Shown here piece after piece: positions 8,426-17,329 of a stretch of 39,507 nucleotides of DNA. The notes beneath the pieces are model-generated. The model did not search any database. It had not been told where the DNA came from and worked only from the letters and a program-made list of their open reading frames with translations. Every line of letters starts with the position of its first letter. Position 1 is the stretch's first letter. Source of the stretch: a virus. The stretch spans positions 1-39,507 of IMG/VR virus record IMGVR_UViG_3300010167_000036; one strand, 5' to 3'. Position numbers and translations under genes: made by a program.

Positions 8426-9506
8426 GACCATGACAAAATCGAACATCGGCTACCGAGGCATCGGCGCTGATGGTAAGCCGGTGGAGTGGTACTACGCCTG
8501 GAACCCCGGCGGGTTTGGCTGTTCGGCCAACTGTGACGGCTGCTGGGCGCGGGCGATGGCCAAACGGTTGTCGGCGAAGGGTTGCCCGGAGTGCCTGAAG
8601 TTTCTCCCGCACATTCACCCGGAGCGGTTCGACCAGCCCGACGCGACGAAGAAACCGGGCGTTGTTCTCGTGAACTTCACCTGCGACATTGCGGACAAAT
8701 GCCGCCAAAATGTGGAACTCGCCACGATGTGGGACCTCATGTGGCGGGCAGACCGTCACACGTTCGTTGTGCTGACCAAACAGCACAAGCGACTGGCGGA
8801 CTGGATTGCCAAGCACGCCGGCCGTCGCGGGTTCGAGTGGACGGAACTTACCCGACACCCCATGTACTTCGGCGAGTGCATCAGCATGGACGACATCCGC
8901 ATGAGGGATCAGTGCGGGCACGTCGGAGAAGGCGACTGGGTGTGCGATTTCCCCGGCAAAGAGGACCGTGGCGAGGACAATTCATGCGACGAGTGTTCGT
9001 GCCCCATCGCGAGCGAAGTCGATGACCGCGAAACGCTCACGAAGATGGGCCTCGAATCCCAATACACATTCAACGATGAAGGGTACACCGAGGATCATTC
9101 CGAGTGGATGCAACTGCACAGCAGGCCGCTAAACGCGGCGGCACGAAACGTCTGGGTGGGGTTCACGGCGAGGACGCAGAAAGAGCTTCTGTCGGCACTG
9201 GTGGCGGCGAAGATCGTCAAAAACAAAAACCCGTATGCCCACGTCTGGCTGTCGCTGGAACCGCTGAGCGACATTGTGACGTTTAATGAATCGCGGTATC
9301 CAGATCTTCCCGTGGATGAAGAAAACGACGAGATTGAATGGCTAAAGCACGGACAGACGCTGACGTGCGGAAGCATGACGGACCTGTTCTGTCCGTTCAT
9401 CGACGGCGTGATTGTCGGGCAGGACAACCGCCGCGGCGCGCCAGGCACGAATACGCTGCATAACGCCCGTCTTCGTCAAGCAACTCTGGCTGCCGACGTG
9501 TCATGA
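8415..9506 (+). CDS. DUF5131 (phage Gp37/Gp68) family, N-terminal part, frame broken near the 3' end
   Basis: YYAWNPGGFGCSANCDGCWARAMAKR, FTCDIADKC, WVGFTARTQKE, VWLSLEPLSD; conserved C-terminus is in another frame. Confidence 0.8.
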   Translation: MTSKTMTKSNIGYRGIGADGKPVEWYYAWNPGGFGCSANCDGCWARAMAKRLSAKGCPECLKFLPHIHPERFDQPDATKKPGVVLVNFTCDIADKCRQNVELATMWDLMWRADRHTFVVLTKQHKRLADWIAKHAGRRGFEWTELTRHPMYFGECISMDDIRMRDQCGHVGEGDWVCDFPGKEDRGEDNSCDECSCPIASEVDDRETLTKMGLESQYTFNDEGYTEDHSEWMQLHSRPLNAAARNVWVGFTARTQKELLSALVAAKIVKNKNPYAHVWLSLEPLSDIVTFNESRYPDLPVDEENDEIEWLKHGQTLTCGSMTDLFCPFIDGVIVGQDNRRGAPGTNTLHNARLRQATLAADVS

Positions 9507-9681
9507 CGGAACCACGCTTGACCCGGATAAGAGCGACGAGTTACTGGTGAAAAAGAATCTCTGGAAGGATGATCGCTGCCGAGAATTCCGCTGGAAACTG
9601 CATACTGACCCCGCGAAATTCCCCCGAGACCTTCGCCTGCGAAACTTGCCCTGGTCCATGCCCACGGAGGAAAAGCCATGA
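9412..9681 (+). pseudogene. out-of-frame C-terminal portion of the DUF5131 gene
   Basis: From about 9450 this frame reads TPVFVKQLW ... DPAKFPRDLRLRNLPWSMPTEEKP, the expected C-terminal signature of the family. Confidence 0.6.
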
Positions 9682-9932
9682 GCAGCCCCATGAACATCAT
9701 CAGCCGGTTCTGGAAATTGCCGTGTATGGGGTACACACCCGGTGGAATCGTACGTGGAGTTTCGTGCGAGTGCTTTGCGTTCGATAACGACGAGCAACCC
9801 AACGAGTTTACCGCGTATATCCATATGTTCCCGTTCGGAAATTACAAAGGCAAAGGCACAACCATATCCAGCGCCATGAAAGAGGCTATGCGAAAAAAAG
9901 AAGCGGGTGAGATGGAGGTGCCGAAATGCTGA
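9678..9932 (+). CDS. hypothetical protein
   Basis: ATGA overlap with the previous ORF and overlap with the next. Confidence 0.6.
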   Translation: MSSPMNIISRFWKLPCMGYTPGGIVRGVSCECFAFDNDEQPNEFTAYIHMFPFGNYKGKGTTISSAMKEAMRKKEAGEMEVPKC

Positions 9933-11872
9933 CCGAACTCATCGGACGAAAAACGGCACGTCAAACGGCATCGGCGAACGTCGGTCTGATCGTGGATAAT
10001 TTTGCCGGGGCGGGCGGCGCCAGCCTCGGCATTGAGGCAGCACTTGGCCGGTGCGTGGACATCGCCATAAACCACAGCCGCAAGGCCGTGGAGGCCCATT
10101 CCGTTAATCACCCGCACACGCGCCATTTGTGCGAAGACGTGTGGGACGTGGACCCTCTGGAAGTCACCGGCGGGCGTCCCGTGGACCTGGTGTGGCTGTC
10201 GCCCGATTGCAAACATTTCAGCAAGGCCAAGGGCGGGAAACCGCTGTCGAAGAAAATTCGCGGCCTTGCCTGGGTGACGATCCGGTGGGCGAAGGACGTG
10301 AAGCCAAACGTCATTATTTTAGAAAACGTCGAAGAATTCCAGACATGGGGGCCGCTGGATCGTGACGGAAAACCGATCAAGGAGAAGGCCGGTCAAACGT
10401 TTTTGCGGTGGATTTCTGCACTCCGAAACTGCGGCTACGAAGTGGAACATCGCGAGTTGATCGCGGCGGATTACGGCGTGCCTACCACCCGCAAACGGTT
10501 CTTTCTCGTCGCCCGACGCGACGGCAAGCCCATCGTCTGGCCCAAACGCACGCACGCCCCGCGCCATAAGGCCGAAGCCTTGGGCCTGCTGCCCTACAAA
10601 AGCGCCGCCGAGTGCATCGACTTCTCACTGCCGATCCTGAGCATTTTTGAACGAAAACGCCCGCTGGCCGAAGCGACGAACCAGCGCATCTACAAAGGGA
10701 TGATGAAGCACGTCATCGAATCGGCGGACCCATTTGTGATTTGCTGCAACCACGCTGGCGAGCACGGACTCGTGTGGTCCTCGTTTGAACCGCTGCGGAC
10801 GATCACCGCCAGTCGCGACGCGGTTGGCGTCGTAGTGCCACACCTGAGCAAGTATTTTACGGGCGTCGTCGGCGCGGACGCACGCGAACCAATGCCGACC
10901 GTTACGGCCATTGACCACAACGCCCTGGTGGCGCCGACGATTGTTCCGATTGCACATTTCAACGGCAGTAACACGTCGCACAAGGCAGACGATCCGCTCC
11001 GAACGGTCACGGCATACCCGAAGGGCGGACACTTCGCGCTCGTCGAGGCGTTTTTGACGAAATACCACGGCGAGAGAGCAGGCGAAATCGACGGCCGTAG
11101 CGCCGACGCCCGGCTGCCGGTCCGAACCATCGACACCCAGAACCGACACGCTCTGGTCTCCGCCACCATTCAGCGGTTCAAGCACGGCGAGGCGACGCAT
11201 GTGGACCCGCGAACCCCCATGCAGACGATTTGTGCCGGCGGGAACAATCACGCGGTGCTTGCGGCCACGCTGATGACGAACACGTCCGGCCATGGACCCG
11301 GCGACATCACAAACCCCGTTCCGACATTGACCAGCGGGAACCAGCAGGCCGTCATTTCCGCAACGCTCGTCGGCGCCGGTGGCCCGACCTACGCCGCCAA
11401 GCCGACCGCCGTTACGGAGCCGATGGGCACGCTGACGACAGAAAACCACCGATGCCTGGCGGAGGCGTCCATCGAACGCTATGGAGAACAGAATCGCATT
11501 GATCGGTACATGCGAAAAGACGCACCTGGCGTTTACAGCGGAGCCGACCACACGTCCGAGGTCCGTGCGTTCATCGTCAAGTATTACAGCAGCGGCAGCC
11601 AGAACCAGTCATTGAAAAGCCCCATGCACACCCTGACCGCGAAGGCTCGCCTTGGTCTGGTGACGATACACGGCGAAGATTGGCAGATTGTGGACATCGG
11701 CCTGCGAATGCTGGAACCGCGAGAGCTGCTCAAGGCCCAGTTCGGCCGCTTCGCCGACGAGTACGTTCTGTGGGGTTCCAAGGCTGACCAGGTGGCGGCC
11801 ATCGGAAACTCCGTCTGCCCTGAACTCGCCGAGGCTCTCGTGAAGGCACAATTCCCGGAGGGTTTGGCATGA
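9926..11872 (+). CDS. DNA (cytosine-5) methyltransferase with internal repeat domain
   Basis: FAGAGGASLGIEAA (motif I), WLSPDCKHFSKAKG (motif IV variant), ENVEEF (motif VI), GVPTTRKRFFLVARRDG (motif VIII), C-terminal YVLWGSKADQVAAIGNSVCPELAEALV. Confidence 0.9.
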   Translation: MLTELIGRKTARQTASANVGLIVDNFAGAGGASLGIEAALGRCVDIAINHSRKAVEAHSVNHPHTRHLCEDVWDVDPLEVTGGRPVDLVWLSPDCKHFSKAKGGKPLSKKIRGLAWVTIRWAKDVKPNVIILENVEEFQTWGPLDRDGKPIKEKAGQTFLRWISALRNCGYEVEHRELIAADYGVPTTRKRFFLVARRDGKPIVWPKRTHAPRHKAEALGLLPYKSAAECIDFSLPILSIFERKRPLAEATNQRIYKGMMKHVIESADPFVICCNHAGEHGLVWSSFEPLRTITASRDAVGVVVPHLSKYFTGVVGADAREPMPTVTAIDHNALVAPTIVPIAHFNGSNTSHKADDPLRTVTAYPKGGHFALVEAFLTKYHGERAGEIDGRSADARLPVRTIDTQNRHALVSATIQRFKHGEATHVDPRTPMQTICAGGNNHAVLAATLMTNTSGHGPGDITNPVPTLTSGNQQAVISATLVGAGGPTYAAKPTAVTEPMGTLTTENHRCLAEASIERYGEQNRIDRYMRKDAPGVYSGADHTSEVRAFIVKYYSSGSQNQSLKSPMHTLTAKARLGLVTIHGEDWQIVDIGLRMLEPRELLKAQFGRFADEYVLWGSKADQVAAIGNSVCPELAEALVKAQFPEGLA

Positions 11873-12621
11873 TTCGAGTTATTCACTTTTCGTGTGGAGC
11901 GGCGTCGGCTGTCGCAGCGAAGATCGTTCTTAGCCGCTACCCGGATTCGTACGTCGTCAATGCCTTCGTCGCTGAGGAACATCCCGACAACCGGCGGTTT
12001 CTCGCCGACGTGGAGAAATGGATATGCAAGCCGATCACCGTCCTGCGACAGGAACGCGACGGGGCCTCTGCATACGCGGTAATCGAACGAGTCCGATACA
12101 TAAAAGGTCCAAGCGGCGCGGCGTGCTCTGGAACGTTGAAGCGTCGTGTCATCAACGAATGGTGTCTGAACCAGTTCGGCGGCAGTAATGAAGAAGTCGC
12201 TCACATCATCGGTTACACCTACGAGGAAGGCCGGCGAGCGGATCGACTCCGCATGGATCAGAGGTTTGTCGAGTTTCCGCTTATCGACGCGGGCCTGACA
12301 AAATCCAACTGCCTGAGCATGATCGAGAGGGCCGGAATTGAACTGCCTGCCATGTACCGACTTGGTTACTCGAACGCCAACTGTATCGGATGTCCTAAGG
12401 GAGGCATGGGGTACTGGAACAAGATTCGCAGTGACTTCCCGGAGCAATTTGCGCGTATGGCCGCACTCGAAGCCTCCATCGGAGAGTCGGCCTACCTGTT
12501 CTACAACCGTAAAACCGGAAAACGGTTCCCGCTAACCGAACTGGAACCACACGCCGGACGCCACGACGAACCTGCCCCGGAGTGCGGCCTGTTCTGCGCC
12601 ATGACGGAAGATGAATTTTGA
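11869..12621 (+). CDS. PAPS-reductase/ATP-pyrophosphatase-like (PP-loop) protein
   Basis: FSCGAASAVAAKIVL (SxGxxS PP-loop), HPDNRRFLADVEKWI, IGYTYEE, NCIGCPKGGMGYWNKIR. Confidence 0.8.
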   Translation: MIRVIHFSCGAASAVAAKIVLSRYPDSYVVNAFVAEEHPDNRRFLADVEKWICKPITVLRQERDGASAYAVIERVRYIKGPSGAACSGTLKRRVINEWCLNQFGGSNEEVAHIIGYTYEEGRRADRLRMDQRFVEFPLIDAGLTKSNCLSMIERAGIELPAMYRLGYSNANCIGCPKGGMGYWNKIRSDFPEQFARMAALEASIGESAYLFYNRKTGKRFPLTELEPHAGRHDEPAPECGLFCAMTEDEF

Positions 12622-12633
12622 TAGGAGTGACCC

Positions 12634-12894
12634 GTGAATCGACATGAAATTGAACAAAAAATCATCGACATCGTTCGTCAGCAATTCGATGTGAACGCAT
12701 GGGAAATCGGACGCGAGACGAAGTTCTCCGATCTCGGCGCCGACTCGCTGGACTGGTGCGAGATCGTCATGGCCTGCGAGGACGAGTTTGAATTAGCGAT
12801 CACCGACATGGAAGCGGACCCGGACAAACATCAGACGGTCGGTGATGCTATCAGCTTCATTTTTGGAAAACTGGCGTGGAAGGAGATCAAATGA
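12634..12894 (+). CDS. acyl carrier protein
   Basis: 86 aa, IIDIVRQQFDV ... FSDLGADSLDWCEIVMACEDEFELAITD: classic ACP with the DSL phosphopantetheine site. Confidence 0.92.
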   Translation: MNRHEIEQKIIDIVRQQFDVNAWEIGRETKFSDLGADSLDWCEIVMACEDEFELAITDMEADPDKHQTVGDAISFIFGKLAWKEIK

Positions 12895-13859
12895 ACAACC
12901 AGCAACACATCGCGATTATTGATAAGGACGGCCTATGGTTTGGCGGAACGATTGAAGGCGCGTGGCCGCTCGGGAATCCGCGTCCCGCATGGGTGCGTCA
13001 CATCGAGGACGCATACCCGGTTCAGTCGATGGACTGGGCGAAACATTTCGTCGAGAAATATAACCTTGGCGACGTGGAGTTCATCGCGGTTGATGTTGAG
13101 GAAAAGAATGAATGGATTCGTGTCACTGGGTTAACGCCAATAGATAGAGTTCGTGCCGTTTCTTCAACGGAAGTCAACGAAGACAGGCAGACAAAAACGA
13201 TACGTCGCTCCGAGATCATTCGGGACATTTTTGCGGAGCGTAATCGGCAGAATGAGATATGGGGCGGCGCGGAGCATGACAACAAGCATGGCTTGAGTGA
13301 CTGGATTCGGTTCATTGGGCACCAGGTTAATCACATGGCCGGCCTGAAACCGTCAGATGATCCGCGTGAGAGACTTGTTCGAGTTGCGGCGTTAGCTGTC
13401 GCCGCAATGGAGAGTTATCTCCGAAAGGATCGGACAGCCGCGCCAGAATCCGAAGAGGCCAACGAAATACGGTATTCGTACTGTGCCAAGGATTTAAGCT
13501 ACGGCATGTTCTTCGGAAACTATGCAACTCGTGAAGAAGCGGCCTCTGATGCGTTCGCCGAATCCCCGAATGTCAATGTTGTGATGACGGGTCGATGTAT
13601 CCCGTTCGCGATGGAAAATGTCGCAAGCGGACACGCATCGGAGATGATCGACAGGATCGTTATGCGAACCATTGGGCGTGTTGGACAAGTGGCCAACAGA
13701 TTCCTTGACGAAGTTACAGGCGCTCAGATAGACGATCTCGATAATGCCATCAATGGCGCAATCATAGCATGGGCAGACCGTAACGACATCGCCCCGGATT
13801 TCTACGAAGTTGAGGATGAGCAGACACACACACGGCCCGTGAAAGGAGAAAACACATGA
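12891..13859 (+). CDS. modular hypothetical protein: X domain, NTP-PPase/MazG-like helical segment, Y domain
   Basis: Central IIRDIFAERNRQNEIWGGAEHDNKHGLSDWIRFI...RLVRVAALAVAAMES; flanks shared with 14353..15333. Confidence 0.7.
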   Translation: MNNQQHIAIIDKDGLWFGGTIEGAWPLGNPRPAWVRHIEDAYPVQSMDWAKHFVEKYNLGDVEFIAVDVEEKNEWIRVTGLTPIDRVRAVSSTEVNEDRQTKTIRRSEIIRDIFAERNRQNEIWGGAEHDNKHGLSDWIRFIGHQVNHMAGLKPSDDPRERLVRVAALAVAAMESYLRKDRTAAPESEEANEIRYSYCAKDLSYGMFFGNYATREEAASDAFAESPNVNVVMTGRCIPFAMENVASGHASEMIDRIVMRTIGRVGQVANRFLDEVTGAQIDDLDNAINGAIIAWADRNDIAPDFYEVEDEQTHTRPVKGENT

Positions 13860-14356
13860 ACTTTCTATTTTGCGACATGATCCGAAAGCAACACGAATAC
13901 GAACTGATTCGCGCAAACAACGTGCACTACAGGACGATGTTCCTGTTGATGCTGAACGTCCTAATCGGAACGCTGCTGGTGGTCGAGTTGTCTTGTGGCG
14001 ACACGCTGCACGGCCTGTCACTCTGCGTCGCTCTTGTGCTTGTCGTGGCCAGCACGGTCATACTCGCAATCGTGGCATATCTCGCAAGCTACAGAGATGT
14101 TGCCTACGCAACCGGGTACGTCAAATTTCACGGCGAGCAAGTCGAGTATTACCAAAACCAAAACATAAAGGTACTGGATGACGATGTGGATAAGGCTGTC
14201 ATCATCTCGTATTGCAACAGACTCGCCGAAGCGCAGGAGTTCAATTCGAAACTCAACGAGCGACGGTACAGAATAACACGCATCGCATCGTTGCTGACAT
14301 GTGGTTCCGTGCTCGCGGTGGCGATTTTCATGGTCGTGAAAGTGGTGTCCCAATGA
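13856..14356 (+). CDS. multi-span membrane protein with central cytosolic-looking segment
   Basis: Three hydrophobic helices: MFLLMLNVLIGTLLVVEL, LCVALVLVVASTVILAIVAYL, IASLLTCGSVLAVAIFMVV. Confidence 0.7.
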   Translation: MNFLFCDMIRKQHEYELIRANNVHYRTMFLLMLNVLIGTLLVVELSCGDTLHGLSLCVALVLVVASTVILAIVAYLASYRDVAYATGYVKFHGEQVEYYQNQNIKVLDDDVDKAVIISYCNRLAEAQEFNSKLNERRYRITRIASLLTCGSVLAVAIFMVVKVVSQ

Positions 14357-15333
14357 CAAAAGGTAAACAAATGAACGACACGCAATATGTGATGATCGTG
14401 AAAAAAGGAATGTTCTTCGCGGGTCCGCATGACGTGAACGGACGTATCCCGGTTTTCGTGGAACGTCCAGAGAATGCCCTTCCGATGACAAACACCGGCG
14501 CGAGATCAATCGCCAGGTACTGCGGACTTACATGCGATGATTCCATTTGCGACGACGTGGATTTCATCTGTGTGGACGTGGCCGACATGAACGGAAAACT
14601 CCGCATCACGGGACTTACGGCCAATCGGGACCTCAAACGTTATGTCTACCGTCGCAAGGGTGCAGAGAGTTTCCAGTCACACAAGTTCTGGTCGCGTGAG
14701 GAAGCGGTTGCCGCCGCGTGGAAGCCGGTGATTGGAGTGTCCGACTACGACATGATCGAGACGGCACGGATTCGTACGTACGAAATGGCCGATTTCGCGG
14801 ACGGCCACGCTGAAAACATCATTAAGCAGATGATCTGCGAAGCGGACGAAATCGGCGGCGATGCGGCGGATGATTTCCTCCGACATCTGACGAAAAAAGA
14901 GAAAGACGATATGGAGTACGTCGTTCGAAACTCCATTCTTCACTGGGCAAAACACCACGGAATTGCCCCGCATTTCTTCGATGTCGATGACATTCAGGAG
15001 CACACGCGTCCCGTGGAGCAATCCATCCCTCCAGCGCCTCCGCTCGACGAAACCAATCGAGGAACGGGCCGAACAACGGCCCTAATGTTGCACGCCATCG
15101 CGAATGCTCTGGAACATCCCGATGAGCATGTCGAGTTTCGCGATCACTACTCAATGGATTACGACCGAGTTGGCACGTTTCATCACTTGATCCGTGAAAT
15201 GACAGCCTCGCTTGGTTTGACCATCGACACGTACATCGGAAAAGGGACTGACGACAAGAATGTCGTCGTCTTGAAATCGCCCATCAGCCGGATGCGCGAT
15301 GAACTTGAGAAAAAACACAAGGATGCGACATGA
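14353..15333 (+). CDS. modular hypothetical protein: X domain, Y domain, possible P-loop segment
   Basis: Paralogous to 12891..13859 (VDVxxxNxxxRxTGL; HGIAPHFFDVDDIQEHTRPV vs NDIAPDFYEVEDEQTHTRPV). C-terminal NRGTGRTTALMLHAIANAL. Confidence 0.7.
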   Translation: MTKGKQMNDTQYVMIVKKGMFFAGPHDVNGRIPVFVERPENALPMTNTGARSIARYCGLTCDDSICDDVDFICVDVADMNGKLRITGLTANRDLKRYVYRRKGAESFQSHKFWSREEAVAAAWKPVIGVSDYDMIETARIRTYEMADFADGHAENIIKQMICEADEIGGDAADDFLRHLTKKEKDDMEYVVRNSILHWAKHHGIAPHFFDVDDIQEHTRPVEQSIPPAPPLDETNRGTGRTTALMLHAIANALEHPDEHVEFRDHYSMDYDRVGTFHHLIREMTASLGLTIDTYIGKGTDDKNVVVLKSPISRMRDELEKKHKDAT

Positions 15334-15533
15334 GCATAAACGTGACGATCCGACTCGGTACGGGCAAGCCAAACATTCACCGATGGGAATGCGATTGGTG
15401 TGGAAAGAAGATTCGACGAAGCCGGAGCGGAGCGCCGAAAGGATGGACAACGATTCAGGCCAACGAAGAAAGCAAGGCTATATGCCACGAGTGCTATTGC
15501 GAAATAGAAAGAAAATCGAAAGGGTCAACATGA
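15330..15533 (+). CDS. small zinc-binding protein
   Basis: WECDWCGKKIRRSRSGAPKGWTTIQANEESKAICHECYCEIE. Confidence 0.65.
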   Translation: MSINVTIRLGTGKPNIHRWECDWCGKKIRRSRSGAPKGWTTIQANEESKAICHECYCEIERKSKGST

Positions 15534-15895
15534 GGACAAAAAACAAAACATTCCGGTGCGAGATTTGCAGTATGTCGTTGCGAACCGCACAGGGACTCGG
15601 GATGCACTTGTCATGGCATCGGCGGCGCGACAAGTCAAAACAGGCGTTCGATTCAGAGAGAAGCAGCATTGCCGACGAGCGGAAACAAATCGACGAACAG
15701 AAGAAAGGCATTGCGGTCCAGAAACTCGCCCTGACGATCATCCACGGACTGCGCCTCGACCCGCTCGTCAGTGTCGCGTCGTCTTTCGAGAACATGCTGA
15801 TTGTCAATCCACAGAGCGGCCACACGGTCGAAATTACGGTCGGAGGCAATGTCATCACGGGAAAAATTGTGAGAGATGAAGCGAGGATAGCATGA
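15530..15895 (+). CDS. C2H2 zinc-finger-like protein
   Basis: FRCEICSMSLRTAQGLGMHLSWHRRRDK followed by coiled-coil; start ATG 15530. Confidence 0.65.
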   Translation: MRTKNKTFRCEICSMSLRTAQGLGMHLSWHRRRDKSKQAFDSERSSIADERKQIDEQKKGIAVQKLALTIIHGLRLDPLVSVASSFENMLIVNPQSGHTVEITVGGNVITGKIVRDEARIA

Positions 15896-16281
15896 TACGA
15901 ACGACCATTCATCCTCACCGTACATCTGACGATAACAGTGGCTGCGCGGCAATACTGATTCTTGTTGTGCTGCTGGTCGGTATCGCTGTCACATACACGG
16001 CCTGTGGCGTCGGCGGGTTTGGGCCTACAGCCTATCATACCGTCACGGTCAAATCAAAACATGTTGACCTGCGCAGCGATTCCTCGCACTACATGGTCGT
16101 CACCGACCAGGGCGTGTTCGAGTGCGACAACGGAATCCTACTGGGCATCTGGAACGCGGATGAGTTGTACGGACAACTACAGGACGGAAAGACGTACTAC
16201 ATCACGACTAAAGGAAAGAAACACGCCAACATCCTGCTTCAGGAGTATCCATACATCGTCAAAGTCGAGGAAATGAAATGA
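15892..16281 (+). CDS. membrane-anchored hypothetical protein
   Basis: AAILILVVLLVGIAVTYTACG transmembrane helix and small C-terminal domain. Confidence 0.65.
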   Translation: MIRTTIHPHRTSDDNSGCAAILILVVLLVGIAVTYTACGVGGFGPTAYHTVTVKSKHVDLRSDSSHYMVVTDQGVFECDNGILLGIWNADELYGQLQDGKTYYITTKGKKHANILLQEYPYIVKVEEMK

Positions 16282-16817
16282 GCGAAACCAAACCAAAATT
16301 CAGGACTGGCGACTCGGTGCTGCACAAGCCAAGCGGTCAGGAGTGGCTAGTCGCTTACTACGAGAACAGCCTCGTCTGCCCGTGTGGACACCCGCTGTCG
16401 TTTGTCGAAGAACACCATTTCGAGTTGACGGAAGCGGCTGACGATGACAAACACCGCCAGTTACTCGAACACCTGGCCACGTCGGGCGACATGGACGATC
16501 CTCGCCGCCTCTATGCACGCCGCGTGCTCAATCTTGATGTGGAATACTACGTCTACTCGATCACCTGTTCAAAGGCGGATGAAGTCCGTGGGATAGCGAT
16601 ATGGTGGAGGCCAAACGACAACGGGTACACGTCGAAACTTGACCGGGCCGGTCGATTCCGCCATGAGAAAATCATGGCTGATCCGAACATCTACAACAAC
16701 GGTGAAACGACCTTCGCCATTCCGTGTGATGTTGTGGAACGCATGTCGTTTCGCGCGGTCGATTTGGAAAGCATTCGGAAGTTGATTCGCACAAATAGAG
16801 AAGTCGGAGGTGCCTAA
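16278..16817 (+). CDS. hypothetical protein
   Basis: ORF with ATGA overlap; LHKPSGQEWLVAYYENSLVCPCGHP. Confidence 0.65.
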   Translation: MSETKPKFRTGDSVLHKPSGQEWLVAYYENSLVCPCGHPLSFVEEHHFELTEAADDDKHRQLLEHLATSGDMDDPRRLYARRVLNLDVEYYVYSITCSKADEVRGIAIWWRPNDNGYTSKLDRAGRFRHEKIMADPNIYNNGETTFAIPCDVVERMSFRAVDLESIRKLIRTNREVGGA

Positions 16818-17329
16818 TGGACATCATCGTCACCACTCCGAAAAGCGAAATGCGAAACGCCGCAAAGGAAGCCGCTGACGCCATCGCCGCCGGCGGCGGG
16901 GAATACTTCCGGCGGTTCAGCCTGCATCACTATCCGGGCCTGTTGAATGTGGGCGACCGCGTGTATTACGTGGAGGACGGATACGTTCGCGGCTTCGCCC
17001 TTGTGCGCGAAATCGTAAAGCGAGACACGTCGATGCGGTGCGACACGACCGGGATCGTCTGGCCACCAGGCGTCTACGTCTTCATGCGGGCAGATTCGTG
17101 GCAGTGGATCAAGCCGATCCCGATGAAGGGATTTCAGGGATTCTGTTACGCGGTAAAACAACCGTTGTTTGATTGTAAAGACGGAAAAGCAACCCAATAC
17201 GACGCACTCATGGCCGGTAATAAGATCATCGGAAAAATAGAGATCACCGGCGGATGGCGCGATAAAAAACTGTGCGTTACAAACATGGACCTATGCACGC
17301 AGTTTGCCACGAATGGAGTCAGAAAATGA
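16817..17329 (+). CDS. hypothetical protein
   Basis: ORF abutting its neighbours; VGDRVYYVEDGYVRGFALVREIV ... WPPGVYVFMRADSWQWIKPIPMKGFQGF. Confidence 0.65.
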   Translation: MDIIVTTPKSEMRNAAKEAADAIAAGGGEYFRRFSLHHYPGLLNVGDRVYYVEDGYVRGFALVREIVKRDTSMRCDTTGIVWPPGVYVFMRADSWQWIKPIPMKGFQGFCYAVKQPLFDCKDGKATQYDALMAGNKIIGKIEITGGWRDKKLCVTNMDLCTQFATNGVRK

